Positions 1 through 9,089 of a DNA stretch of 46,554 bases are shown piece after piece. A program made the translations under genes and the position numbers. Each line of letters starts with the position of its first letter. The stretch's first letter is position 1. This DNA is from Capsulimonadales bacterium (lineage in GTDB: Bacteria > Armatimonadota > Armatimonadia > Armatimonadales > Armatimonadaceae). Under the pieces are notes generated by a model that did not search any database, was not told the origin of the DNA, and worked only from the letters and a program-made list of their open reading frames with translations. Where the stretch lies: the NCBI GenBank assembly GCA_033762295.1, contig JANRLW010000132.1:1-46554 (forward strand), given 5' to 3'.

Positions 1-2545
1 GCAGGAAAGCGAGATTTTTATCGTCTCGATCAAGCGGAAATCAAACCGAAACTGGTCAATGCTGGCATTCCCGAGGAGCGCGTGGAACGGTTCGTGGGGG
101 ATGACGACAAATCAGGCTCGTCATCCGAACACATTCGTCAGAGCCTCTACAGTCTTCTCATGGATGTACGTGCCGAGAGGATTGGTGTCGTGGCAATCCG
201 TGATGTCGCCCGCCTATTCCGCGACCCATCGCAAAAAGGGCCGGTACGCTTCGCGAACGCTTGCGCCCGCGCTCACGTGATGGTCCTTACGAACAAGGGA
301 GGGCAGTGGGAATTACTGGACATGAACGACTACGGTGACCGTAACACGTTCATCGACTGGTGCCGAGAGGCAGCAACCGACCTGCTCGAAATTATCCAGA
401 AAACGGGTTCGGCAAAGGAAATATCGGTATCTTTCGGCAACTACGCTGGTGGCCCCCTGCCCGTTGGTTACTATGCAAAGCCAGGGCTACCCGCTCACCT
501 CAATGGCGGTGTGGCGACGCGCCCGACGATCAACGTATATCAGCCACACGCCTTGCTGAAACTTCATGTAATGCGTATGTCGCTACTGCCTGAAATAAAG
601 TCGTTGCGCGACTTGGAACGTCATCTCCGAAAGCACAATATCACGTTCCCTCCTTTCAACAATGACATCGTGCATTTTGCCTTCACACGCTCCTGTATCC
701 ACAAAATCAAGATTATCGAGCAAGATGGCAAGCGGCGTCGGCTTGGGTACGATGAGTCTTTCATCCCGTCCCCAGTAATGCTGGAGAACATCCTCCTTCA
801 CCCAATAGCGTTGGGTGACCGCCTCTATGGGACTGGACCAACGGGGAAATATGATCTTGCCAAACTGGATGAGATAGCCAAACGAGAAGACAAGCCGCTG
901 ATCTCGTTTGTCCGTATCCACCGTGAGTTCGTTGGGACGTTCGATCATCTCCGGCTTTTCCGACGTGATGAAGAACCAGTTACCCCCGATACCGAATGGA
1001 TGGAATCCGAGGAGTTGTTCTGGAAGGTTTGGGAGAAGTGGGGCAAAACAGACCTCAAGACGGTTCGGCAACACGAATACGCCCCGGAAGTGATCGAAAC
1101 AGCCGCCGAGAACCCCAAGCGAGTAAACAAACCCAAGCAAGGTCGTCCGCAAACTTTCCAATATCGTACTCCGTGGTACGGGAAAGTTTTCTGCCTTCGA
1201 CATGGCGCGGAGAATGAAAAGCCTACGTCATTCTTCACGATGCACACTTTTGAGTCCACTCGCCCCAACGGCTCAACTGACTATGCCTGGAAGTGTTATC
1301 GCGATTACGAACGAGATTGTTCGAAAGGAATCTGTTGTCTCTGGGGCAATGACGAGGTGATGACCCGAATGCTGGACACGCACCTCGAACTCAAGTTGGC
1401 CGATGCCCTGTCAAACGACACCCTTTTTCTTGCGCCCATAAAGGAGGCAGAGGCAGAGCGGGAACGTCGAATCAACGTCCTATCTACCGACATTGAACGC
1501 ATTGAGGCACAGATTGAAGAGATCGAGTACGAACTGAAAGACTGGCGTTCTCGCATCACTCCCGCTAACAAGGAAAGCATCCGTGCGAAGATCACCTCAC
1601 TGAACAATGGACTTCATCCACTCATTGAGGAGCGGGCAATGTTGGTTCGCGAACGTGATTACCTGCGCTCCGAGTCAGCGGATAATCTTTCCGACTCAAC
1701 CGGCTCAAAGTCAGACCTTCGCGAGTTGGTAAAAGCGTCTCTTGATAAGTGGAGCCAGGGTTCGGTAGCCGCACGTCGAACGATTATCGAGCAGTTCGTT
1801 GATTGGGTGGGCGTTCTGGTCGGTGACGGTATTCACGGTCATGAATGCCTCGTTCTCATCAAATGGAAGCGAGTAGACGTTCCCGATATTCTGGTGGGGT
1901 GGAGGGGAAGCGGCCCAGACGAACGTCCGTGGACTTCCGAAGAAGACGACTGGTTGCGAAAGACCTGGGGCAACAAGAAACTTTCCTGGTTTCAGATTCG
2001 CAAGGGACTTCAACCGTTTCGCCGCTATACGGCATCCTACTTCCGAACCCGCGAACTCGAAATCCCGCCCATCAAGGGTAGTAAGGGGTGCGCTCCCCGA
2101 TTGAGACAGGCTAAGGTGGAAGACAAACCTTTCTTCGAGCGACCGGAGAATGCAGGGACGGTTTACCAATTTTTTGATTGGAACCTCGTCGGTTCACAGG
2201 GGGAAGTAGAGGGTTCTCTTTCCATCGCCGGTCAGCGGACTGTCGTGCGCCGCGAAACAATGGGTTTGTCTGTGGTCTGCGAACGCGCCCCGCTCGACGT
2301 TCAGGTTGCTTGTGGCATTCTCGCCTTGCGCGACCAGCACGAGACCGCGCTCTCCTGGCTTGCCGGGAAGCATGGGTTGAATGCCTTATGGTCTTACTGC
2401 GCGGAGCAGATCGAAGGCGAGTTGGCGAGGGTAGAGAAAACGAACGACCAAGAAGCCCGCGAGTGGCTGGAGGTAATCTTGGCCCCACAGCGCCTTGCTA
2501 ACTTTCGCCGCAACGGTCTTGTTGGTTGCGTCATGCAGTCGAGTT
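1..2545. mobile_element. Right end of an integrated element (prophage, ICE or excision element) inserted in an MFS gene
   Basis: Contains the serine integrase. GC is lower (spot count 30/60 at 601-660 vs 44/60 at 3601-3660). A host MFS reading frame breaks off abruptly at ~2543. Confidence 0.75.
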
Positions 2546-2580
2546 CGGCAAAACGATTCCGAACCCCAGCAAATCGATAA
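1..2580 (+). CDS. Large serine recombinase (integrase), 5' end outside the window, with an extra C-terminal Myb/SANT-like HTH and an unknown domain
   Basis: Frame is open from base 1 (AGKRDFYRLDQAEIK...). Resolvase motifs DDDKSGSS, RQSLYSLL and VVAIRDVARLFRD; helix-E/recombinase entry GNYAGGPLPVGY; Zn-ribbon-like GKVFCLRHG...YAWKC...C; long coiled coil; ARRTIIEQFVDWV end motif. The catalytic YxRxS would lie upstream of the window. Confidence 0.88.
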   Translation, partial: AGKRDFYRLDQAEIKPKLVNAGIPEERVERFVGDDDKSGSSSEHIRQSLYSLLMDVRAERIGVVAIRDVARLFRDPSQKGPVRFANACARAHVMVLTNKGGQWELLDMNDYGDRNTFIDWCREAATDLLEIIQKTGSAKEISVSFGNYAGGPLPVGYYAKPGLPAHLNGGVATRPTINVYQPHALLKLHVMRMSLLPEIKSLRDLERHLRKHNITFPPFNNDIVHFAFTRSCIHKIKIIEQDGKRRRLGYDESFIPSPVMLENILLHPIALGDRLYGTGPTGKYDLAKLDEIAKREDKPLISFVRIHREFVGTFDHLRLFRRDEEPVTPDTEWMESEELFWKVWEKWGKTDLKTVRQHEYAPEVIETAAENPKRVNKPKQGRPQTFQYRTPWYGKVFCLRHGAENEKPTSFFTMHTFESTRPNGSTDYAWKCYRDYERDCSKGICCLWGNDEVMTRMLDTHLELKLADALSNDTLFLAPIKEAEAERERRINVLSTDIERIEAQIEEIEYELKDWRSRITPANKESIRAKITSLNNGLHPLIEERAMLVRERDYLRSESADNLSDSTGSKSDLRELVKASLDKWSQGSVAARRTIIEQFVDWVGVLVGDGIHGHECLVLIKWKRVDVPDILVGWRGSGPDERPWTSEEDDWLRKTWGNKKLSWFQIRKGLQPFRRYTASYFRTRELEIPPIKGSKGCAPRLRQAKVEDKPFFERPENAGTVYQFFDWNLVGSQGEVEGSLSIAGQRTVVRRETMGLSVVCERAPLDVQVACGILALRDQHETALSWLAGKHGLNALWSYCAEQIEGELARVEKTNDQEAREWLEVILAPQRLANFRRNGLVGCVMQSSSAKRFRTPANR

Positions 2581-2707
2581 AGACGGTCACCGCGAGCAGA
2601 ATCAGCGGCGTATTGATGACGTGGCCCGCGTTTTGTCCGCGCGGTTGTGGAGTCTTCGTTGACACCTCTCGTCGCCCGTTGGCCGAAGTTTGAGGTTTGT
2701 CGTTCAT
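2531..2707 (-). pseudogene. 5' fragment of a TetA/DHA1-type MFS transporter, truncated by the insertion
   Basis: MNDKP...INTPLILLAVTVFIDLLGFGIVLPN matches the TetA-family first TM helix (TVFIDLLGFGIVxP), then STA-stop follows inside integrase sequence. Confidence 0.8.
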
Positions 2708-2834
2708 GAATTCCGGTCCCTGTGTCCCCGCCCATTCTATCCGAGTCGATTTCCGTTCGCCCGGATTCGGCATCGCGCGTCGTGGCGGAAGACAGGGCAG
2801 AAGGCAAGACAGGGGCAGGAGGAAGGGAAGCGGG

Positions 2835-3212
2835 TCACTCGTCGTCGGTGAAGCGGAACTCCTCCCAGTAGACGTGGCCTTCCTCCACCAGTTTCTTTAT
2901 CCGCCGCTGCTTCTCCGAAAGGCGGCTCTTGTTGGCTTTGAATTCGACGAAGACGATGCGATCCTCCTCGAACTGCACGCCGTCTACGGGGCTGCCCAGG
3001 AAACGGAAGTCCTGAGGGTCGTAAGGATACTCCCCCAGAAGTGGAAACCACTGCTCGGTAATCCGACCGTACGCGGAGGAGAGCGAGCGTTTGCGGTAAT
3101 CGAGTTCCGCCAGTTGACCGGAGACGACGTGCAACCGCCAGGCGAGCAGAAGAATGACCAGCAACAGGCCGCCGCAGAGGCCGAGCAGAAGGAGGGTGAT
3201 GCCCATCCCCAT
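2835..3212 (-). CDS. Membrane-anchored Holliday-junction-resolvase-like endonuclease (Endonuc_Holl family)
   Basis: N-terminal TM; GRITEQWFP...PQDFRFLGSPVDGVQF...IVFVEFK PD-(D/E)xK pattern; the ATG overlaps the murQ stop (TGATG). Confidence 0.85.
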   Translation of the reverse strand: MGMGITLLLLGLCGGLLLVILLLAWRLHVVSGQLAELDYRKRSLSSAYGRITEQWFPLLGEYPYDPQDFRFLGSPVDGVQFEEDRIVFVEFKANKSRLSEKQRRIKKLVEEGHVYWEEFRFTDDE

Positions 3213-4120
3213 CACTCCCCGAGGACGACCGAGAGGAAACCGTTCGCCTCGTCCAGCTGTCGTTTCGCCTCGACCGCGGTCACCCGACGCCGGGCCATCA
3301 CAATCGCGACCTTGACCGCCTCCCCGGCGGCTTCGAGCAGTTCGTCGGCTTCGCAATCGCTGTCGACCTGCCCGATCTCGCGGATCAGGCGGCGCGCCCG
3401 CCCGACCAGTTTCCGATTGGTGGCCCGCACATCGACCATCCGGTTGCCGTACGTCTTGCCGATCCGGACCATCGCGCCGGTCGAAAGCATATTCAGGATC
3501 AGTTTCTGGGCCGTTCCCGCCTTCATCCGGGTGGAACCGGCGATCACCTCGGGGCCGGTGACCGCCTCGATGGCGATATCCGCATCGCCGGAGAGCGGCG
3601 CGTTCGCGGAGTTGGCGATGCTGACCGTGACCGCCCCCCGCTCCTTCGCCCGGACCAGCGCGGCCCGGACGTAGGGTGCGCCTCCCGATGCGGAGATGCC
3701 GACGACGACATCGTGTGCGTTGACATCGACGGCGTCGATTGCCGCCGCGCCCGCCGGACCGTCATCTTCCGCGCCCTCGATCGCCCGTGTCAACGCCTCT
3801 TCGCCGCCCGCAATTCTTCCGAATACCTGATCGGGCGTCACGCCGAACGTCGGCAGACATTCGGAAGCGTCGAGTATCCCGAGCCGGCCCGACGTTCCGG
3901 CTCCGATATAGATCAGGCGCCCGCCGGTCCGCAAGGCGGCGGCGATGGCGTCCACCGCGTCCGCGATTCGAGGAAGCTGCGTACGAACGGCGGCGGCGAC
4001 CGTCGCGTCCTCATCGTTGATCCGGGCCAGCATCTCGACCGTCGACAGCCGATCCAGATTCTCCGTGTGCGGATTGGGTAGTTCGGTGACCGGCAGGGAG
4101 GCGTGGGTTGCGTCGTTCAT
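3212..4120 (-). CDS. murQ: N-acetylmuramic acid 6-phosphate etherase
   Basis: TELPNP, GAGTSGRLGILDASECLPTFG, GPEVIAGSTRMKAGTAQK, GKTYGNRMVDV. Confidence 0.97.
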   Translation of the reverse strand: MNDATHASLPVTELPNPHTENLDRLSTVEMLARINDEDATVAAAVRTQLPRIADAVDAIAAALRTGGRLIYIGAGTSGRLGILDASECLPTFGVTPDQVFGRIAGGEEALTRAIEGAEDDGPAGAAAIDAVDVNAHDVVVGISASGGAPYVRAALVRAKERGAVTVSIANSANAPLSGDADIAIEAVTGPEVIAGSTRMKAGTAQKLILNMLSTGAMVRIGKTYGNRMVDVRATNRKLVGRARRLIREIGQVDSDCEADELLEAAGEAVKVAIVMARRRVTAVEAKRQLDEANGFLSVVLGE

Positions 4121-4216
4121 ATCAGGGCGTTCGACATGTCCTCGTCGGAACCCTGCGTCGCGGCACGTTCCCTCGCTCCCATCGCTCGCCCATCGGTGGG
4201 AGTCGATCCGGTGGCA

Positions 4217-5158
4217 TCAGGTGAAAAGCGCGCTGACCGATTCCCCGGCGTTGATGTTATGTATCGCTTTCGCCAGCGGCGGAGCGGCGGAAAGGACGGT
4301 GAAGTTGGTGGTCGCGCTGAGTTTATGCCGGACGGGGATCGTGTCCATGACGGCGATCTCCGTGATGAGCGAATCCTCCAGTCGGCGCACGGAATCGCCC
4401 GGCAGAACGCCGTGGACCGCCCCGGCATAGACCCGGTTTGCGCCTCGCTCCTTGACCAGCTGGGCCGCGCCGATCAGGGAGCCGCCGGTGCCGATGAGGT
4501 CGTCGATCAGCAGGACGTTCTTCCCCTCGACATCGCCGATCACGTGGACCGACTGCGTCCGGGTCTCGTTGATGCGCACCTTGTCGATGATCGCCAGCGG
4601 CGCGCTGAGACGGCGCGCGTACCGCCGTACCAGGTTGGCGCGTCCCACGTCGGTCGCCACGATTACCAGGTCCTCGATCTTCCGGGAAGCGAAATGGTCG
4701 CAGAGCAACGGGGTCGCCGTCAGGTTGTCCACCGGGCAGCTGAAGAACCCCTGGATCTGCGCCGCGTGTAAATCCATGGTCAGGACGCGGTTCGCCCCGG
4801 CGGTCGTCAGCATATCCGCCACCAGTTTGGCGGTGATACAGATGCGCGGCTGATCCTTCTTGTCGGACTGCTGGTAAAAGAAGTGCGGCAGTACCGCCGT
4901 CACCCGCTTGGCCGACGCGCCTCTCAGCGCGTTGATCAGCATCAGCAGTTCCATCAGGCGATCGTTCACCGGCGCGTCGCAGGTCTGCACGACGAAAACG
5001 TCGGCCTCACGGACATTCTCCTCGATCGCCACAAACGTCTGGTCGTTGTAGAACTTGCGCGAGCAGGACGCCCCGAGTTTCGTCGCCAGTTCGGCGCAGA
5101 TTCCCGATGCCAGTTCGAGACTGGCGCTGCCGGCAAAGATCTTGATTTTGTTGATCAT
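4217..5158 (-). CDS. prs: Ribose-phosphate pyrophosphokinase (divergent copy)
   Basis: ENVREADVFVVQ, LMELLMLINAL, MDLHAAQIQGFF, PRPP loop LIDDLIGTGGS; start MINKIKIF with a GGAG RBS. Confidence 0.9.
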   Translation of the reverse strand: MINKIKIFAGSASLELASGICAELATKLGASCSRKFYNDQTFVAIEENVREADVFVVQTCDAPVNDRLMELLMLINALRGASAKRVTAVLPHFFYQQSDKKDQPRICITAKLVADMLTTAGANRVLTMDLHAAQIQGFFSCPVDNLTATPLLCDHFASRKIEDLVIVATDVGRANLVRRYARRLSAPLAIIDKVRINETRTQSVHVIGDVEGKNVLLIDDLIGTGGSLIGAAQLVKERGANRVYAGAVHGVLPGDSVRRLEDSLITEIAVMDTIPVRHKLSATTNFTVLSAAPPLAKAIHNINAGESVSALFT

Positions 5159-5247
5159 GACACTCCGTCTGCCCGTCTGCCGAAACGGCAACCGGGGGAA
5201 GCAACGCAGACAAACCGGGGCGGCGGTGGCCGGGGACAACCGCAATC

Positions 5248-5277
5248 ATTGTACGGGACCGTTCGGAGCCTTGTCAA
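5248..5277 (-). promoter_or_regulatory. Sigma-70 promoter for prs-murQ
   Basis: Minus strand TTGACA-N18-TACAAT. Confidence 0.65.
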
Positions 5278-5320
5278 TCGTCCCACCCGGCGTCCCTGCG
5301 CTGGCACTCTCCTCCGTCGT

Positions 5321-5350
5321 TTGCCAGAGGCGGCGGTGGCACGGTATGAT
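5321..5350 (+). promoter_or_regulatory. Sigma-70 promoter for the FmdB-family gene
   Basis: TTGCCA-N18-TATGAT, followed by a GGAGG RBS. Confidence 0.6.
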
Positions 5351-5384
5351 ACGGTGCATTTTTGTTTGCGCGGAGGTTGTTTTC

Positions 5385-5729
5385 ATGCCCACGTACGGCT
5401 ATCGCTGCAGTTCCTGCGGCCTCGAGTTCGAGCGTTTCCGGAAAATGACGGACCCGCCCATTACGGATTGCGAGTGCGGCGCGACGGGTACCGTCCGAAA
5501 ACGAATCTATCCGGTCGGAATCGCGTTCAAGGGTTCCGGCTTCTACATCAACGACTACGCCCGAACCGGCAACGGTTCGTCGTCCAGGGCCGCGGAATCC
5601 GACGCTGCGGAAACAAAATCCGCCAGCAAAAGCGAGACGTCCGCCGACACGACCTCGGGTGCGAAGACCGAAACCGGAACCGAAACGGCGGCTCCCGTTG
5701 CGAGCGCCGCTCCGGCGAACAAGACGTAG
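5385..5729 (+). CDS. FmdB-family zinc-ribbon regulatory protein
   Basis: MPTYGYRCSSCG...CECG...VGIAFKGSGFYINDY plus a low-complexity S/T/A tail. Confidence 0.93.
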   Translation: MPTYGYRCSSCGLEFERFRKMTDPPITDCECGATGTVRKRIYPVGIAFKGSGFYINDYARTGNGSSSRAAESDAAETKSASKSETSADTTSGAKTETGTETAAPVASAAPANKT

Positions 5730-5738
5730 TCGCCCCGA

Positions 5739-8700
5739 TCAGCGCCAGTCGCCGATCAGGACGAACGGTGCCCAGTAGTAGGGATGGCGGTAGCGCGGGT
5801 CGGATTTAAGACCGCGCGCCGCCGCCCGCAGAGCGTCGGCTTTCGTCGACGAGGTTTTCAATAGACCGTAGAACCGACTCATCAGTTTTCCGGTCGCCGT
5901 ATCATCGACCGACCACTGCGAAGCGATCTGTGTGGGAATGCCCGCCGCGAACAGCGCCCAGGTCAGACCGATGACCCCCTCCCCCCTTCGCTGCTTGCCT
6001 CCACCCGTGTTACAGGCGGAAAGGACGCACATCTCCGCCTGCAAATCCAGTTCGAGAATCTCGCGGGCCGTCAACAGGCCGTCGTCCGCACTGCCCTTTG
6101 CCGGTTCGGCGAGCACGATATTGGAAAGCAACGGCGCGGCGTCGTTGAGGAAGGCATGAGAGGCGAGATGAAGATACCGATACTGTCCGGCTTTCTCCTT
6201 GAAGATCGTCTCCTGCGCCCCCTCCCCGCTCAACACCAGCGCATCCGGAAAGGCGGCCCGGATCGCCCCGGCTTCGGCGAGGGTTCCTTTCAGCGGGGCG
6301 AGCGACTCGGTGCGGACAGCGCTCCACAGATCACGCTGTTCGTCGCGGAATACTCCGTAATTGTCCTTGTTTCCGGTACGGTCCATTGCGTCGATCGGTC
6401 GCCCCACCGCCGCCTCAACCACCTTCGTCGGTTCCTTGAACCGCGCGATCGGCCCGAAGTGGGGATTCGCCACCGTCAGCACGGTTCCGGTCGGTTGTCT
6501 GCCGCTCGAAGGCAACCGTTTTTCCCGCGCCGTCAGGAGTGTCGCCGCCGAATAGGCGAACGAAAGAGTGCTGCGATCCGCCAGAAATCTGTCGGGCTCA
6601 GGCATCAGAGACGCAAAGGAAACCTCCCACAGTCTCTGGTCGGGGCAGATAACAACGTGTTTCCGATGGCGCAACAGGGCGTCCGCCGGACCCAGCAGCA
6701 GACGGTAAAGCTCCTGCGCTTTCACTTTGAAGAGTTTCCGCGGGTCCGCGCAGGTTGCCCGAAAATCGCTGATCTTTTCGGTCAATGCTTCCTCGGCGAT
6801 CGGCGTCGAAAACAGGGTCCGGACCGGGCGGTTTTTGATTCGGGTGACGACGAACATCAGCAGTCGTTCCGGCAGGACGACGAACTCGACCAGCGCTCCA
6901 TCCCGGGGAAGGGCCGCCGCGATTTCTGCCGTGCTGACATTGCGGGTCGGTTTCAGCCGTCGCATCTCCGGATGTCGCCCCATCAGTCCCGAGACATAAA
7001 CCGTCCGCTCACTCTCCAACCGGGAAAGGCTTTCCGCCAGTTCGGCATACCGCCCTCGATTCCCGGCCTCTTTGCCAAGGCTCTCCGCCATCATCCGCTG
7101 GCTCAGTTTTTCGGCCTGACGATGGAACGCCTCAAGCTGCGCACGTTCGTCATCCGTGAGCCGGGTCAGGATATCGGGCCGCCCACTCGTCATATGGTCG
7201 AGGAGGACACGGCCTTTCATCCTTTGGACCAGGGGAAACGCTACCGCTCCCTGCCCCTGCCGGATTAAAAACTCCAGATAGTACTGATGGGCGTAAACCT
7301 GAGTCCCCTGCAAACTCAGACGGACCTCGTCCTGATTGCCGAAAAGATTGCTTATATTTTCGGAGAGGCTAATTGCCTCCTCAAAGTGTTTTTTTGCCCT
7401 GGTATGTTCCCGGCGCTGCTCGTACGCGATGCCCAGACGCGTGTGCGTCAGAGCCAGAGCCCACGGATCCCCCTTCGCCCTCGACCGCATCATGCGCAAA
7501 CTCGCTTCGTAATCGCGAATTGCCGCCGTCAACTGACCGCTTTGGTACAGGAGAGCGCCGCGATCGCTCATTATGCCTCCCATACCCGATACATCCCCCA
7601 GTGACCGGCACAGGCGGATGGCCGCATCGAAGGCGGCAACCCCTTCCTTGGTGCGTTTGCGTGCCCGGTTCACCGTTCCGAGCAAGTGGAACAGATGAGC
7701 CTGGTATTTCTTGCTTTGTAGGATCTCCGCGTTCCGAAGCCCCTCGTTCAAAAGCGCCATCGCGCGTTCGGTTTCGCCGTCTCGGAGGTAAAAGTTGCCT
7801 AGCTGCCTGGCTGCCAGGACGGCGGCCTCTCCGTCGTTGGTTTCACGAGCGATCACCAGAGCCTTCTCCGTCCGGTCCTGCGCCAGTTCGAGCTGCCCCA
7901 TTATCCCGTACAGGTTGCCAAGGGCGCGATAGCAGTCTCCCTCACGGTTTCGGACACCGGTTTCCTGAAAAAGCGCCAGGGCGCGAAGATAACCATCGAG
8001 CGCCATCAGATAGTCGCCCTGTGCCTGCCGGATCGCTCCGATACTCTGCCATGCCGTCCCTTCGCCGATCCGGTTCTTCAATCGCTGACAGATCTCAAGC
8101 ATATTTCGGACATGTGCGTCCGCATCGCCCAGGCGACGCGTCTCGAAATAAATCTTTCCCAGATTCAATAAAAGGGCTTGCTCCCGCTCCGGAAGGTTCA
8201 GTTGTCGGACCAGGGATAATGCCTCCCGGTTATAGGCAATCGCCGCCGCATATTCCCCCCGCAATTCGCAGACGGCGGCGATGCCTCCGAGGGTATTGGC
8301 AACGTTCTCCGTATGCTTCAGCGTCCGATGCAAGGGCAGCGCTTCCTCATAGTATTTCGCGGCCCGTTGTGTCTCGCCCATCTCAACGTAGACATTTCCC
8401 AGATTGGTCAGGACCGAGGCTTCCATTGTCTGCGATTGTGACGTTTTCTCTTTGCGGAAGAGGGACAGGGCCTCTTCGTAGACGGCGATCGCTTCCTTTG
8501 GGCGGCTCATCATGTTATAGGTAATCCCCATGCCATGCAGCGTATTCGCCACCCAGAACCTGTCATCGATCTCTCGAAAAATGGTCAGTGCCTGCCGGAA
8601 CCGATCGATCGCCTTCTCTCCCTGCTGCATCCGGCGATACAGACCGGCGATATTGCTCAGGGTTCCCGCCTGGCTTCGTCGGTCGTTCAGTTCGCGATAC

Positions 8701-9029
8701 AGAACCAGCGCCTGTTCCTGCAAGGTGAGCGCATCCGAACGGCGTTGAAGGTCCTCCGAAACGCTCCCCAGGCGTCGCAGGGAGTCGGCCACGCCTCGTT
8801 TATCGTCCTTTTGCCGGGCGAGCGCCAGCGCCTTGCGGAATTCCTGTTCGGCTTCGGCAAACTGACGCCCGCCACGAAGTTTCATTCCCGCATCCAGCAG
8901 GGCCTGCACTTCCGGCGTCACCGGTGGCACGGGCGGCACCTGCGCCGCAAGGGGCACGGCAAACAGCAGCGGCAGGGCGACCGACAGAAGCAACAGCGCC
9001 CTTACGAAATAATGCAGTGAACAATTCAT
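5739..9029 (-). CDS. Secreted TPR-repeat CHAT-domain (caspase-like) protease
   Basis: Sec signal (VRALLLLSVALPLLFAVPLAA-Q), many TPRs, CHAT motifs with intact His/Cys dyad (HLASHAF, LSACNTG), end motif HPYYWAPFVLIGDW; GGAGGG RBS before ATG 9029. Confidence 0.93.
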   Translation of the reverse strand: MNCSLHYFVRALLLLSVALPLLFAVPLAAQVPPVPPVTPEVQALLDAGMKLRGGRQFAEAEQEFRKALALARQKDDKRGVADSLRRLGSVSEDLQRRSDALTLQEQALVLYRELNDRRSQAGTLSNIAGLYRRMQQGEKAIDRFRQALTIFREIDDRFWVANTLHGMGITYNMMSRPKEAIAVYEEALSLFRKEKTSQSQTMEASVLTNLGNVYVEMGETQRAAKYYEEALPLHRTLKHTENVANTLGGIAAVCELRGEYAAAIAYNREALSLVRQLNLPEREQALLLNLGKIYFETRRLGDADAHVRNMLEICQRLKNRIGEGTAWQSIGAIRQAQGDYLMALDGYLRALALFQETGVRNREGDCYRALGNLYGIMGQLELAQDRTEKALVIARETNDGEAAVLAARQLGNFYLRDGETERAMALLNEGLRNAEILQSKKYQAHLFHLLGTVNRARKRTKEGVAAFDAAIRLCRSLGDVSGMGGIMSDRGALLYQSGQLTAAIRDYEASLRMMRSRAKGDPWALALTHTRLGIAYEQRREHTRAKKHFEEAISLSENISNLFGNQDEVRLSLQGTQVYAHQYYLEFLIRQGQGAVAFPLVQRMKGRVLLDHMTSGRPDILTRLTDDERAQLEAFHRQAEKLSQRMMAESLGKEAGNRGRYAELAESLSRLESERTVYVSGLMGRHPEMRRLKPTRNVSTAEIAAALPRDGALVEFVVLPERLLMFVVTRIKNRPVRTLFSTPIAEEALTEKISDFRATCADPRKLFKVKAQELYRLLLGPADALLRHRKHVVICPDQRLWEVSFASLMPEPDRFLADRSTLSFAYSAATLLTAREKRLPSSGRQPTGTVLTVANPHFGPIARFKEPTKVVEAAVGRPIDAMDRTGNKDNYGVFRDEQRDLWSAVRTESLAPLKGTLAEAGAIRAAFPDALVLSGEGAQETIFKEKAGQYRYLHLASHAFLNDAAPLLSNIVLAEPAKGSADDGLLTAREILELDLQAEMCVLSACNTGGGKQRRGEGVIGLTWALFAAGIPTQIASQWSVDDTATGKLMSRFYGLLKTSSTKADALRAAARGLKSDPRYRHPYYWAPFVLIGDWR

Positions 9030-9048
9030 CCGTTCCCTCCCCGTCGAG

Positions 9049-9084
9049 ATTGTAGAGCGGCTACGTAACATAGCCGTAACAGGA
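9049..9084 (-). promoter_or_regulatory. Putative SARP-type activator site plus -10 box upstream of the CHAT gene
   Basis: Minus strand TCC-TGTTACG-gcta-TGTTACG-N9-TACAAT; the repeats have an 11-bp period. Confidence 0.75.
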
Positions 9085-9089
9085 CAGAC

